A stretch of DNA of 64,000 nt from Patescibacteria group bacterium (GCA_018816445.1 JAHIVO010000001.1:8354-72353); one strand, 5' to 3'; positions 1 through 10,759 are shown, counted from the stretch's first letter. Numbers and translations: made by a program. Notes: generated by a model not told the origin, from the sequence alone.

Positions 1-246
1 TGCGGAGCTAAGGTATTTAAAAAGAAGGTTATAAAAGCAATATTGCCACAGTTACGTGTAAATAATATGGCCTTTGATGTAGAACTTTTGTATACTATTC
101 GGCGTGCTGGATTTAGGGTTATTGAAGTTCCTTCAAAATGGGAGGATAATAGCAGCAGCTCAGCTATGCTGGGATCACCAAGCAAGGTCATAAAAAATTC
201 TATAAATATGTTTTTTACACTATTAAGAATAAGATTAATGAAATAA
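1..246 (+). CDS. GT2 glycosyltransferase, dolichyl-phosphate glucosyltransferase-like (3' part; runs in from the window edge)
   Basis: Frame is open from base 1: CGAKVFKKKVIKAILPQL...FDVELLY...IEVP matches the CGxK...FDVELL C-terminal half of DPG/DPM-synthase-like GT2s. The TTG start at 43 is an edge artefact. Confidence 0.75.
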   Translation, partial: CGAKVFKKKVIKAILPQLRVNNMAFDVELLYTIRRAGFRVIEVPSKWEDNSSSSAMLGSPSKVIKNSINMFFTLLRIRLMK

Positions 247-250
247 ATTT

Positions 251-1297
251 ATGCCAAGTCCATCAAATATTTATTCCAGGAAGAATATATTAGTAACTGG
301 CGGAGCCGGATTTATTGGTTCTCATTTATGCGATGAACTCATAAAAAAGTATAATGTAATTTGCATTGACAATTTTTCATCTAGTAAGGTGGATAATATT
401 AACCACTTATTCGAAAATCCAAATTTTGAGTTTATAAAACATGATATTAGCAAGCCTATAAACCTGGACGAACTTCATGAATTAGACAAGTTCAAAGTAA
501 AATTTCATGGCCTTCAGGAAATATACCACTTGGCCTGTCCAACTTCCCCAAAAAATTTCAATCAGCTGAGGATAAAAACCCTGCATACAAATGGCTTAGG
601 CACAATTAATGTATTAGAATTAGCACGCAAATATAAGGCAAAAATTTTACTGGCCTCCTCAGCAGTGGTATATGGCCCACGTTATAAAGAAGCATTAAAC
701 TATACTGAAGATTACCAGGGTTATGTAAATTTTACCGGTCCTAGGAGCTGTTATGACGAGGGCAAGAGATTTTCTGAAACAGCGGTTATCACATATAAAG
801 ATATGTATAATCTAGATACAAAAATTGCCCGAATATTCCGTACCTATGGGCCTCGTTTATTGCTATTTGATGGCCATATGATCCCTGATTTCGTCTTGCA
901 GGCGCTAAATAACCGCCCGCTGATTATTTATGGCGATGCGAATTTTACCACCTCACTGTGCTATATTGCTGATATCATTGAAGGATTGATCAAATTAATG
1001 AAATCAAAAGAGGCCGGTCCATTTAATTTCGGTCATTATCAGGAGTATAAAATGAATGATATTGCTGAAAAAATATTGACAATGACCGGTTCACAGTCAA
1101 AGATTGAATTTAAAAAGTCACTTCTTTTTATGACACCTCTGGGACTTCCCGATATCAGCCTGGTGAAAGAAAAGATTGGGTGGTACCCCTTAATTTCGCT
1201 GGATGTAGGCCTGGAAAAAACTATTGAATATGTAAAAGCCGGACAGAATGTTTTACAGCCGTTATTATGGAAATATGAAAAGGAGGAAAGCGAATAA
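251..1297 (+). CDS. UDP-glucuronate decarboxylase (UDP-xylose synthase)-like SDR
   Basis: TGGAGFIGSHL, HLACPTSP, GPRSCYDEGKR, RIFRTYGPR: UXS/ArnA-decarboxylase signature. Confidence 0.85.
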   Translation: MPSPSNIYSRKNILVTGGAGFIGSHLCDELIKKYNVICIDNFSSSKVDNINHLFENPNFEFIKHDISKPINLDELHELDKFKVKFHGLQEIYHLACPTSPKNFNQLRIKTLHTNGLGTINVLELARKYKAKILLASSAVVYGPRYKEALNYTEDYQGYVNFTGPRSCYDEGKRFSETAVITYKDMYNLDTKIARIFRTYGPRLLLFDGHMIPDFVLQALNNRPLIIYGDANFTTSLCYIADIIEGLIKLMKSKEAGPFNFGHYQEYKMNDIAEKILTMTGSQSKIEFKKSLLFMTPLGLPDISLVKEKIGWYPLISLDVGLEKTIEYVKAGQNVLQPLLWKYEKEESE

Positions 1298-1299
1298 AT

Positions 1300-2208
1300 A
1301 TGAGCAGAGTATTAGTCACAGGCGGAGCTGGATTTATCGGCAGCCATCTGGTAGACCATCTGATAAAAGCTGGCCACCGGGTAATTATTATTGATGACTT
1401 AAGCTCCGGTTCCCGTCAAAATTTAAATAAAAAAGCAAAATTCATAAAACAAAAAGTTCAGCATCAAACTATGCCAGGGATATTCAAGGCCAATAAAGTT
1501 GATTTTGTTTTTCATTTAGCGGCTCAGATAAAATTGCAATTTTCAAAAAAATATCCGGCAGAAGATGCGGAAACTAATATTATCGGCAGCTTAAGGGTAT
1601 TAGATGCGGCTCGGCAGGCAAAAGTAAAAAAATTAATATTTTTCTCCAGCGCTGCTGTTTATAATATCCAAGATAAACCACTTAATAAGGAAACTGATAT
1701 CATCCTTCCTGAAATACCATATGGCATCGCCAAGCATGCTGTTGAGCAGTATATAATCAAATCTGGCTTAAAATATTCAATCCTTAGGCCCTCAAATGTG
1801 TACGGATCCAGGCAGGGAGCTTTTGGCGAAGGGGGCGTAGTAGCCATATTTTGCAGTCAGGCGGCTAAAAATCGAGCCTCGGTAATAAATAATACTGGGC
1901 ATCAAACCCGTGATTTTATTCATGTATCGGATATAGCAGCTGGAGCGTTAAAAACGATAAATATGGCTCATAACCAGGTTATTAACTTAAGTACTGCCAG
2001 AGAAACCACCATAAATGAATTATATGATTTAATATATTCGTTAGTAGCAAAAAAGATTAAGCCAATACGCGGAGTTTATTTAGATGAACAGTATCGAAGT
2101 GCTCTTAACAATAAATTAGCAAAAAAGAGGCTGAATTGGCAGCCTAGGATGTTATTAGCAGAAGGTTTAAAAGAAACATATAACTGGTTTATTAAAAAAT
2201 ATGAGTAG
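1300..2208 (+). CDS. NAD-dependent epimerase (UDP-glucose 4-epimerase-like)
   Basis: TGGAGFIGSHL, HLAAQ, SSAAVY, YGIAK (YxxxK), NVYG, TRDFIHV. Confidence 0.85.
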   Translation: MSRVLVTGGAGFIGSHLVDHLIKAGHRVIIIDDLSSGSRQNLNKKAKFIKQKVQHQTMPGIFKANKVDFVFHLAAQIKLQFSKKYPAEDAETNIIGSLRVLDAARQAKVKKLIFFSSAAVYNIQDKPLNKETDIILPEIPYGIAKHAVEQYIIKSGLKYSILRPSNVYGSRQGAFGEGGVVAIFCSQAAKNRASVINNTGHQTRDFIHVSDIAAGALKTINMAHNQVINLSTARETTINELYDLIYSLVAKKIKPIRGVYLDEQYRSALNNKLAKKRLNWQPRMLLAEGLKETYNWFIKKYE

Positions 2209-3529
2209 AGATATTAAAAAAAATAAATTTAAAGTTAAGAGAAAAAAAAGAAAAAGTATGATGATCACGATTGTCGGGATTGGCTATGTTGGCTTGCCCC
2301 TGGCTTGTTTGTGCGGTGAAAAGGGTTATAAGACATTCGGTATTTCTAAGGATAGGAAAAAAATCAATCAAATAAATAATGGCATTTCTCCAATTAAGGG
2401 CGATATTTATTTGGAGAAAATGATTTCAAGAAAGTTCTTTACTGCCACCTCAAGCTATGATTCAATTTCAAAATCTGACATTATAATAATCTGCGTTCCC
2501 ACTCCGGTTGATGAGAGGTATAATCCTGATTTAACGCCAGTTAAGCAATCCTGCAGGAATATTGCCAAACATCTTAAAAAGGGGCAGTTAATAATTATTG
2601 AGTCAACCGTGAATCCTGGTGTTTGCGAAGAAGTGGTTAAACCTTTGCTGGAAGAAGCAACAGGCCTTCAAGCGGGGAAGGATTTTTATCTGGCTCATTG
2701 TCCGGAAAGGATCAATCCTGGCGATCCGCACTGGAATGTGCGTAATATCCCGCGCTGCGTCGGTGCCTTGAGCAGGCAGGGCTTATTAAAATCTTTAAAG
2801 TTTTACCGCCATATATTAGAAGGGGAAGTAAGGCCGATGAAATCCATTAAAGAAGCCGAGGCTACTAAAATTATTGAAAATTCATTCAGAGACATTAATA
2901 TCGCCTTTGTGAATGAATTGGCTAAGTCTTTTGAGGTGTTAGGCATTGATCTGATGGACGTTATTGAGGGTGCCAGTACAAAACCTTTTGCCTTTATGGC
3001 CCATTATCCGTCTTGCGGCGTGGGCGGACATTGCATTCCAGTCGATCCTTATTATTTAATTGAGCGTGCCAAGTTAGCTGGTTTTGACCACCGTTTTTTA
3101 AAGCTAGCGCGTGAGATAAACAATAGTATGCCGTCTTATACGGTTGATCTGCTGATCAAATCTTTAAATGATTTAAAAAAGTCAATTAGAGGCACTAAGG
3201 TCGGTTTACTGGGCATGGCTTATAAAGCCAATGTAGCTGATATGAGGGAAAGTCCGGCCGTTGATATTATGAAGATATTAAAAAAACAAGGAGCTATGGT
3301 TGAAGTTTTTGATCCATATTTGCCTGACCAGTCAACAGTAAAAAATCTGGAAGAGTTATTGAAGAAATCCGAAGCTTTAATCATTGCCACTGATCATAAT
3401 GAATTTAAACAACTATCACTGTCATTATTGAAAAAGAACGGAATTAAAGTCGTTATTGACGGGAAAAACTGTTTAAATAATAAATTGATAAAAAAGTCAA
3501 AAATTATTTATAAAGGCGTCGGCAGATGA
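2201..3529 (+). CDS. UDP-N-acetylhexosamine 6-dehydrogenase (WbpA/WecC family)
   Basis: GIGYVGLP, CVPTP, ESTVNPG, CPERINPG, GVGGHCIPVDP, YKANVADMRESP. Confidence 0.9.
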   Translation: MSRDIKKNKFKVKRKKRKSMMITIVGIGYVGLPLACLCGEKGYKTFGISKDRKKINQINNGISPIKGDIYLEKMISRKFFTATSSYDSISKSDIIIICVPTPVDERYNPDLTPVKQSCRNIAKHLKKGQLIIIESTVNPGVCEEVVKPLLEEATGLQAGKDFYLAHCPERINPGDPHWNVRNIPRCVGALSRQGLLKSLKFYRHILEGEVRPMKSIKEAEATKIIENSFRDINIAFVNELAKSFEVLGIDLMDVIEGASTKPFAFMAHYPSCGVGGHCIPVDPYYLIERAKLAGFDHRFLKLAREINNSMPSYTVDLLIKSLNDLKKSIRGTKVGLLGMAYKANVADMRESPAVDIMKILKKQGAMVEVFDPYLPDQSTVKNLEELLKKSEALIIATDHNEFKQLSLSLLKKNGIKVVIDGKNCLNNKLIKKSKIIYKGVGR

Positions 3530-4866
3530 TTAAGATAAAAAAAACAAAAAAAAGCAGTTATAACATCGGCATTATTGGCGTTGGTTGGGTTGGGCTGATT
3601 ACGGCTGCCAGTTTAGCTGATTTGGGGAATAAAGTAAGATGTTTTGACGTTGATTCAAAAAGAATGAATAATCTGCAAAAGGGATCCTGGCTGCCTTTTT
3701 ATGAACCTCATTTAAAACAATTAGTCGATAAAAATTTAAAAGCAGGCAGATTGAGTTTTTACATAAATTTAGAGCATGTTGTTGAAAACAGCCAGGTGAT
3801 ATTTATCTGCGTAGGCACGCCGTCAAGAAAAAATGGCAGTGTTGACTTAAGTTACATTAAGAACGCCTGCCAGGATATTGCTAAGTATACAAATGAGTCT
3901 AAAATCATTGTAATTAAAAGTACTGTTCCTACTGGTACTGCAGAAATAGTTAGTAAAATTTTTAAGAGGTATTATAAAGGCCAGACGGATATTGTGTCAA
4001 ATCCTGAATTTTTACAGGAGGGCAGGGCAGTGGAGTCATTTTTAAAAGCTGATCGGATAGTAATTGGCTATCCTGGCTTATGCAAGCCAGCTACTAAAAA
4101 AATTATGAAAGATATTTATAGTCCATTAAAAGTTTCAATTTTTGAAACAAATAATCGTACCGCAGAAATGTCAAAATATGCAAGTAACGTATTTTTAGCC
4201 ACTGAAATCTCGTTTATTAATAATATTGCCAATTTATGCGATGAAACGGGAGCAGACGTTAAGATTATCTCAGATATTATGAAGGCTGATAAAAGGATTG
4301 GCTATAAAGCTTTTTTAAATGCGGGTGCTGGCTATGGAGGTCTCTGCTTCCCAAAAGACATGAGAGGCTTCATTCGTGCTTATGAAAGAAATGGTTATGA
4401 TCCTACTTTTTTAAAGATGGTTGAAAAAATTAATTTAAGTCAGAGAACTATAATTGTTAAAAAAATAAGAAAAGCACTAGGTAAGTTAAAAGGTAAAACA
4501 ATAGTAATATTGGGCATCTCATTTAAGCCCAATACTGATGATATTCGTGATGCACCATCACTTACTGTGATTGAAAAATTATTGAGTGCCGGTGCCCAAG
4601 TCCGGTTATGTGATCCAGTGGCCTTACACAACGCCAAGGCTGTATTCAATAACAGGGTTACTTATAATTTTGAGACTTATGAGGCTCTAAAAGGCGCCCA
4701 TGCCGCAGTATTAATAACTGAGTGGGATAGGTACAAGAATATAGATTTTATGAGAGCTAGAAAATTAATGAAAAAAAATATAATAATTGATGGACGTAAT
4801 ATTTATGATCCGTTAAAATTAAAAAAAGCTGGTTTTAAATATTATGGCATCGGAAGAAATAATTAA
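3526..4866 (+). CDS. ugd: UDP-glucose 6-dehydrogenase
   Basis: GVGWVG, CVGTP, KSTVPTGT, SNPEFLQEG, GYGGLCFPKD, FKPNTDDIRDAP; ATGA overlap with the upstream gene. Confidence 0.9.
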   Translation: MIKIKKTKKSSYNIGIIGVGWVGLITAASLADLGNKVRCFDVDSKRMNNLQKGSWLPFYEPHLKQLVDKNLKAGRLSFYINLEHVVENSQVIFICVGTPSRKNGSVDLSYIKNACQDIAKYTNESKIIVIKSTVPTGTAEIVSKIFKRYYKGQTDIVSNPEFLQEGRAVESFLKADRIVIGYPGLCKPATKKIMKDIYSPLKVSIFETNNRTAEMSKYASNVFLATEISFINNIANLCDETGADVKIISDIMKADKRIGYKAFLNAGAGYGGLCFPKDMRGFIRAYERNGYDPTFLKMVEKINLSQRTIIVKKIRKALGKLKGKTIVILGISFKPNTDDIRDAPSLTVIEKLLSAGAQVRLCDPVALHNAKAVFNNRVTYNFETYEALKGAHAAVLITEWDRYKNIDFMRARKLMKKNIIIDGRNIYDPLKLKKAGFKYYGIGRNN

Positions 4867-4875
4867 TATATAAAT

Positions 4876-5829
4876 ATGAAACTTATTGTAACAATTCCTG
4901 CCTATAATGAGGAGGAATCAATTAAAGATGTAATACATAGCATTCCCAAACAGATGCAAGGTATTGATCGAGTTGAGATTCTAGTTATTGATGACGGCTC
5001 TACTGATAATACCAAAGTGTCAGCGCATGAATCAGGTGCAGACCATGTAATATCAAATAAAGTTAATAGGGGATTAGCTACTACTTTCAGAAGAGGTATA
5101 AATAAAGCCTTAGAATTAGGTGCTGATATTATTGTTAACACGGATGCTGATAATCAATATGACCAGACAGAAATTCCAAAATTAATTGCACCGATTTTAA
5201 ATGGCCAAGCTGATATTGTTTCGGGCGATCGTCAGATAGAAAAATTAGACCATATGCCTTCGTCAAAAAAATACGGCAATATGCTGGGTAGCTGGGTGGT
5301 CAGAAAAGTATCCGGATTGCCGATTAAGGATGCTTCAAGTGGTTTTCGGGCTTTTTCCAGGGAAGCGGCTTTACGGCTGAGTGTTTTATCGCATCATACG
5401 TATACCCATGAGACAATAATTGAAGCGCAGGATAAGAAACTTGTTTTTATAGAAGTTCCCTGTACTTTTCGGGCACGTGTCGGCACGTCTTCCCGGCTTA
5501 TTAGTGGTGTTTTCGGGCATATTAAAAAATCTGGAGCGACTATCGTCAGGACCACCATCAGGCACCGTCCGTTAAAAACATTTGTTTATATTGGTGGATT
5601 TTTATTACTGCTTGGTATAATAATCGGTGTCAGGTTTATATATTTTTATATGACCGGAAACAGCAGCGGCCATATCCAGTCATTAATATTTGTGGCAATT
5701 CTAATAATGCTGGGTTTTCAGATTGTTGTCTTGGGTTTATTGGCTGATAATATTAATGCAAATCGTCGAATTAATGAAGAAATATTGTACCGTTTAAAAA
5801 AGGAACAAATTAAGAAACAACTGAATTAA
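4876..5829 (+). CDS. GT2 polyprenol-phosphate glycosyltransferase-like protein with two C-terminal TM helices
   Basis: IPAYNEE, DDGSTD, TDADNQY, SGFRAF; hydrophobic C-terminal segments. Confidence 0.85.
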   Translation: MKLIVTIPAYNEEESIKDVIHSIPKQMQGIDRVEILVIDDGSTDNTKVSAHESGADHVISNKVNRGLATTFRRGINKALELGADIIVNTDADNQYDQTEIPKLIAPILNGQADIVSGDRQIEKLDHMPSSKKYGNMLGSWVVRKVSGLPIKDASSGFRAFSREAALRLSVLSHHTYTHETIIEAQDKKLVFIEVPCTFRARVGTSSRLISGVFGHIKKSGATIVRTTIRHRPLKTFVYIGGFLLLLGIIIGVRFIYFYMTGNSSGHIQSLIFVAILIMLGFQIVVLGLLADNINANRRINEEILYRLKKEQIKKQLN

Positions 5830-5831
5830 AA

Positions 5832-6920
5832 ATGAAGGTACTGTTTATTTCCAGAAAATACCCGCCAAAAATTGGCGGGATGGAAAATTATACCTATAAT
5901 TTATTAAAATATTTTCCAGGGGATAATATATCCATATTGCTTAATAAGTCGCAAATACACCTGCTATGGTTTCTGCCATATGCTTTTGTTAAAGGATTAA
6001 TTTCATCCAAAAAGGTTGATGTTTATTATTTATGTGATTGCCTGATTGCTCCGGTCGGTCGGTTGTTAAAAATTTTAACAGGCAAGCCAGTTCTAGCCAC
6101 AGCACATGGGCTTGATATTACTTATAATAAATGGTTTTATCAAAAAATAAATGTTAGTTCAGCAAGAAGTTTAGATGGAATTATTTGCGTAAGCCAATCT
6201 ACTTTTGATGAGTGTAAAAAAAGAAATTTTTCAAGTAAGAAATTATCATTAATTTCCAATGGTGTTGACATTGAAAAATATTCAGGAAAAAGGCATAAGG
6301 ATTACTATAGAAATATAGTTGAAAAAAAATACAATTTTGTATTAAAAAATAAACTTGTTTTACTTACAGTTGGAAGGCTAGTTCCTAGGAAAGGTGTTGA
6401 TTGGTTTGTAAAAAATGTATTACAAAATTTGCAAGATAATATTGAATATTTAATTGTTGGTAAGGGTCCTGATAAGCAAAAAATTGATTGTAGTATCAAC
6501 CAATTAGGATTAGTAAAACGAGCTCATTTATTAGGATCAATATCTGACGATGAATTAAAAATTGTGCTTAATTCCTCTGATTTGTTTATTATGCCTAATA
6601 TTAAAGTCAGGGGAGATTGTGAAGGTTTTGGTTTAGTAGCCTTAGAGGCCGCTTCCTGTGGATTGCCAGTTATAGCTTCAAATATTGAAGGAATAAATGG
6701 CGCAATAATTGATAGAAAGAATGGTTTTTTAGTTGAGTCCGGTAATGCCCATGAATTCATAAAGCTGATTAATGAATTATTAAAAATGGACGATCGTGAA
6801 GAATTAATGCAAAAAATTAAAAATTATACCATTCAAAACTATAGTTGGAGAAATATTGCTAATCAATACTTTAAAAAAATTAATAGCATTGTACTAAAAA
6901 AAAGTTATGGATCAAACTAA
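5832..6920 (+). CDS. GT4 (GT-B) glycosyltransferase
   Basis: PPKIGGME, VGRLVPRKG, EGFGLVALEA. Confidence 0.9.
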   Translation: MKVLFISRKYPPKIGGMENYTYNLLKYFPGDNISILLNKSQIHLLWFLPYAFVKGLISSKKVDVYYLCDCLIAPVGRLLKILTGKPVLATAHGLDITYNKWFYQKINVSSARSLDGIICVSQSTFDECKKRNFSSKKLSLISNGVDIEKYSGKRHKDYYRNIVEKKYNFVLKNKLVLLTVGRLVPRKGVDWFVKNVLQNLQDNIEYLIVGKGPDKQKIDCSINQLGLVKRAHLLGSISDDELKIVLNSSDLFIMPNIKVRGDCEGFGLVALEAASCGLPVIASNIEGINGAIIDRKNGFLVESGNAHEFIKLINELLKMDDREELMQKIKNYTIQNYSWRNIANQYFKKINSIVLKKSYGSN

Positions 6921-7761
6921 GAAAATTACAACTATCATCCCAATATATAATGGTTTAAAATATCTAAAAATTTGTTTAGATTCTTTAAATCAGCAAACCT
7001 ATAAAAATTTTGAAATTGTATTGGTTGACAATGCCTCTACTGATGGCAGTCCTGATATGATTAAAAAATCATATCCAGGTGTGAAAATCATTTATAATAA
7101 AAAAAATCTTGGTTTTGCCAGAGCCAATAATAAAGGAATTAAATATGCTCTTGAAAATAATAGCGATTATATTGTAATAACTTGTCAGGATGATAGATTT
7201 GAACCAAATTTTCTAGAGCAAGGGATAAAAGTCTTGGAACAAAAAGGTGTTGGCATGTGTACTCCCAAGGTAATTTATGATGAAACAAATCGAATCTGGT
7301 GGGCTGGTGGAAAATTGCTACCACTAAAAGAGTTATTAAAATCTACTTCAATAAAAATTAGTGAACATACAGGCAAGGGAGATGAAGATGTTGGGCAGTA
7401 TAATTCTCCCAGGTTAGTTGATATTCTCACCGGTAATGCGCTGTTTGTTAAAAGAGAGGTGATTGAAAAAGTTGGATATTTTGATGAAAAATATTTTTTG
7501 TATGGTGATGATATTGATTACAGTATTCGCGCAAGAAAAGCTGGATATTCACTGATTTATTTTCCCGATACAACTGTTTATCATATGACGCCCTTGGTCA
7601 GACGGGATAAAAGAACACTAAAGCAGTTAATATTAAAATTTAAAAGGTACCTAACTGGATGGATATTGCTTGCCGCCAAGCATCTTAAGTGGTATGTAAA
7701 AATAATTTGGTTTGTTAAGCTACCAATTACTTTATTATTTACGTTGTTTAAAGATAAATAG
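6907..7761 (+). CDS. GT2 glycosyltransferase
   Basis: IPIYNG, VDNASTDGS, NLGFARANN, GYFDEKYFLYGDDID. Confidence 0.9.
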   Translation: MDQTKKITTIIPIYNGLKYLKICLDSLNQQTYKNFEIVLVDNASTDGSPDMIKKSYPGVKIIYNKKNLGFARANNKGIKYALENNSDYIVITCQDDRFEPNFLEQGIKVLEQKGVGMCTPKVIYDETNRIWWAGGKLLPLKELLKSTSIKISEHTGKGDEDVGQYNSPRLVDILTGNALFVKREVIEKVGYFDEKYFLYGDDIDYSIRARKAGYSLIYFPDTTVYHMTPLVRRDKRTLKQLILKFKRYLTGWILLAAKHLKWYVKIIWFVKLPITLLFTLFKDK

Positions 7762-7768
7762 CTTTCAG

Positions 7769-9004
7769 CTAGTAAAGTTGTTTAAAAAATTTGTTTACTG
7801 TTTTTTTGATATAGCCAATCTGTTCATCGTCCATCCCTGGCCATACCCCGATAAAAAATGTATCAAGCAAAATCTTATCTGAGTTTTTTAGTGAACCAGA
7901 TATTCTATATTTGACATTTTTATAGGCTGGATGACGAATAATATTGCCGGCAAATAGAGGCCTAGTTTGGATATTATGATCTTCTAGGTAAATTGAAATG
8001 TCCCTTCTTGAAAATGGCGCTTTATCTTTTACTGTTAAAGGAAATGAAAACCAGGATGGCTTTGCTTCTTTCTCCCATTTCGGCAAAATAAAGTATTTTT
8101 CAAATTTTTTAAAGTAGTTATATAGTTTAGTAAAATTCTGCCTTCTTTTTTTAACGAAAAAGGGTAATTTTTTTAATTGCTCCAAGCCCATAGCGCATTG
8201 AAATTCAACCGGCTTTAAATTATATCCAATACTGGTATAAGTATAGCGATGGTCATACCCTTTTGGTAGATCCCCGAGTTGAAAATTAAAACGATTTTTG
8301 CATGCACCATGAGGATTTTTTTGGTCCCATTTACAATGACAGGCTCTGCCCCAGTCTCTGAGCGATCTAATTTTTCTTTCTCTTGAATTACTGTTCAAAT
8401 AAACCATACCGCCTTCTCCTATAGTAATGTGGTGCGCAGGGTAAAAACTGCAGGTAGCAACATCACCAAAGCTGCCGGTTTTTTGGTTATTATATGTTGA
8501 GCCTAAAGCATCACAGTTATCTTCAATTAATTTTAAATTATACTTTTTTTTAATTTTCATTATTTTTTTCATATTGCACGGGTTTCCTAAAGTATGAGGT
8601 ATTAACAAGGCTACAGTTTTTTTTGTTATGGCCTTTTCAATTAATTCAGCTTTAATATTATATGTACCAAGATCAACATCAATAAGTACAGGTACTAAAC
8701 CTAATTGCACAATAGGATTGAATGAAGTCGGAAAATTACAAGCCGGAGTGATAATCTCTAATCCTGGTTTAAAGCCAAATCCAGCCACAGCTAGCAGGGT
8801 AGCTGATGAGCCAGAATTAGTAACTATTGCATTTTTTACTCCGATGAATTGAGCAAATTCTTTTTCAAATTTATCCGCTTTTTCGCCAACACCAAACCAG
8901 CCTTTTTTTATTGATTTAATCATGGCATCAACTTCTTTATTGTCATAATATGCACCTGCATATTGCACTTTAGTTTTTCCCGGAATGAATTTTTTTTTGT
9001 TCAT
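7769..9004 (-). CDS. rfbH: RfbH/DdhC-like NDP-4-keto-6-deoxyhexose 3-dehydratase (PMP/Fe-S, DegT family)
   Basis: NSGSSA, HTLGNP, EDNCDALG, SFYPAHHIT (His in place of the Schiff-base Lys), RDWGRACHC...GAC, LPKGYDH, TRPLFAGN. Confidence 0.85.
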   Translation of the reverse strand: MNKKKFIPGKTKVQYAGAYYDNKEVDAMIKSIKKGWFGVGEKADKFEKEFAQFIGVKNAIVTNSGSSATLLAVAGFGFKPGLEIITPACNFPTSFNPIVQLGLVPVLIDVDLGTYNIKAELIEKAITKKTVALLIPHTLGNPCNMKKIMKIKKKYNLKLIEDNCDALGSTYNNQKTGSFGDVATCSFYPAHHITIGEGGMVYLNSNSRERKIRSLRDWGRACHCKWDQKNPHGACKNRFNFQLGDLPKGYDHRYTYTSIGYNLKPVEFQCAMGLEQLKKLPFFVKKRRQNFTKLYNYFKKFEKYFILPKWEKEAKPSWFSFPLTVKDKAPFSRRDISIYLEDHNIQTRPLFAGNIIRHPAYKNVKYRISGSLKNSDKILLDTFFIGVWPGMDDEQIGYIKKTVNKFFKQLY

Positions 9005-9009
9005 ATTTA

Positions 9010-9924
9010 TTAATCACTTTTATATTTTAAATCGTTTTGAATATAATCTTTAAGTGCTACTTGCCATTTTCTCATAAGATCTAGATTAATATCCTGCAAT
9101 TTACCGTTGATGGCTGTTAAGTTTTTTGCTCGTGGGGCTTTTTCCTTAAATTGACTAGAATTGATGGGAATGACCTTAATATTTTTTTTTCTAGCGTATT
9201 CAATGATTTTTTTTGCATATTGATAATAAGTAGCTGAACCATGACCGACTATATTATAAGTTCCGTAGTTTTCTGACATTATTAATTTTAACATGTTGGT
9301 TACGAGATCTTTAACATAGGTTGGCTGGATAAATCTATCATTAATCATTTTTAATTCATTTTCCTGTTCAATTAATTTTAGGATTTTACCGACAAATTTT
9401 TTATCGCGTTTTCTGCCGCCGAATAAAGCACCAATCCTAATCACATAATACTTATTTATTTTATATTTCTTTATTAGTTGTTCACCGAGCAGCTTGGTTT
9501 TTGAATAGTATCCTATTACTTTATTAAGTTTCGGTTGGTCCGTACGATCATCAAATATTTTGCCATCCTTACCATTATATACATAAAAAGTGCTTGGATA
9601 TACTAAGGTAGTGTTGATTTCTTTAACCGCCCGGCAGATATTTTTAACTCCATCTACATTAACATCTTTACATTTAGCTGGATTTTCTTCACACCAGTCC
9701 ACGTTGGTTATGGCTGCTAAATGTATTACAGTATCCGGCTTATATTGTTTAAACTTTTTTAATACTTGTTGATAATTAGTTACATCCATCTCTTCCAAAC
9801 CCAAATCAATATGGTTAATCCAGTGGTAATGGTCATTAAGCTGGTTAATAATTTCCTCACCAATTATTCCTTTTGCTCCGGTAATTAAATATGTCTGTTG
9901 CTTATCATTTTTTTGTTTTATCAT
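9010..9924 (-). CDS. RmlD-like NDP-4-keto-6-deoxyhexose reductase
   Basis: ITGAKGIIG, HLAAITNVDWCE, YSKTK, PTYVKDL; start moved to ATG 9924. Confidence 0.8.
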   Translation of the reverse strand: MIKQKNDKQQTYLITGAKGIIGEEIINQLNDHYHWINHIDLGLEEMDVTNYQQVLKKFKQYKPDTVIHLAAITNVDWCEENPAKCKDVNVDGVKNICRAVKEINTTLVYPSTFYVYNGKDGKIFDDRTDQPKLNKVIGYYSKTKLLGEQLIKKYKINKYYVIRIGALFGGRKRDKKFVGKILKLIEQENELKMINDRFIQPTYVKDLVTNMLKLIMSENYGTYNIVGHGSATYYQYAKKIIEYARKKNIKVIPINSSQFKEKAPRAKNLTAINGKLQDINLDLMRKWQVALKDYIQNDLKYKSD

Positions 9925-10759
9925 AAAAAGAAAGATCAATATTATGCTCATCCCCAAGCTCGTTGATTTTATGCTTGTTCTTTTGGTAATATCTTAATGT
10001 GAAAAGCTTGATATGGATCATAAATTCATACCAAGCCATCATGCAGGCAATATAAAAACCATGCCAGCCATCTAGTAATCCTTTTTTGATAAAGTAGCGT
10101 CCAAAAAATTGTTTTGACATGTTTACACACATTTTTATAAAAATTATCCAATAACTTCTTGAACTTATTTTATTTATTCTTTCATACGAATCTAGGTTGG
10201 TATATTTTTTAAATCCCTCCAAAGTATCATTAACAGTAATATGTGAAAAATGAAGATGGGGAGATTTTAGTGTACCAATTTTGTATTTTTGATTATTATG
10301 TGGTATTAGTTTTTCATGAACAAGTATCTCCCCGTCCATGTGGAGTATTTTTTTATTGTATAATCTAGTATGGTATTGCGGATACCAATCACCGTGTTTA
10401 ATCCAGCGACCATAAAAAAAATCTAGGCACGGTACGTTATAGCCTACAAATTCAGCCATAGAATCTATATTTTTTAGCTCTTCTTTGAGATCATCTGGTA
10501 TAAACTCATCTATATCGAGCTGGAAAATCCAGTCATATTTAGCCTTTGAATTAGCTAAGTTTCTTTGTTTTGAATAACCCGGCCAGCAATTCTTATAAAT
10601 TCTGACATTTTTATACTTTTTCGCCAGCTCAACTGTCTTGTCAGTACTATAAGAATCAATTATAATAATATCATCGGAAATATCATAAATATTCTCAAGA
10701 CAACGTGAGATATTCAGTTCTTCGTTATAGGTAATTATACAGATTGAAAATTTTATCAT
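9905..10759 (-). CDS. GT2 glycosyltransferase (beta-1,4-glucosyltransferase-like)
   Basis: ITYNEE, DSYSTDKT, QRN, LDIDE, VHE, GLLDGWHG. Confidence 0.88.
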   Translation of the reverse strand: MIKFSICIITYNEELNISRCLENIYDISDDIIIIDSYSTDKTVELAKKYKNVRIYKNCWPGYSKQRNLANSKAKYDWIFQLDIDEFIPDDLKEELKNIDSMAEFVGYNVPCLDFFYGRWIKHGDWYPQYHTRLYNKKILHMDGEILVHEKLIPHNNQKYKIGTLKSPHLHFSHITVNDTLEGFKKYTNLDSYERINKISSRSYWIIFIKMCVNMSKQFFGRYFIKKGLLDGWHGFYIACMMAWYEFMIHIKLFTLRYYQKNKHKINELGDEHNIDLSFYDKTKK

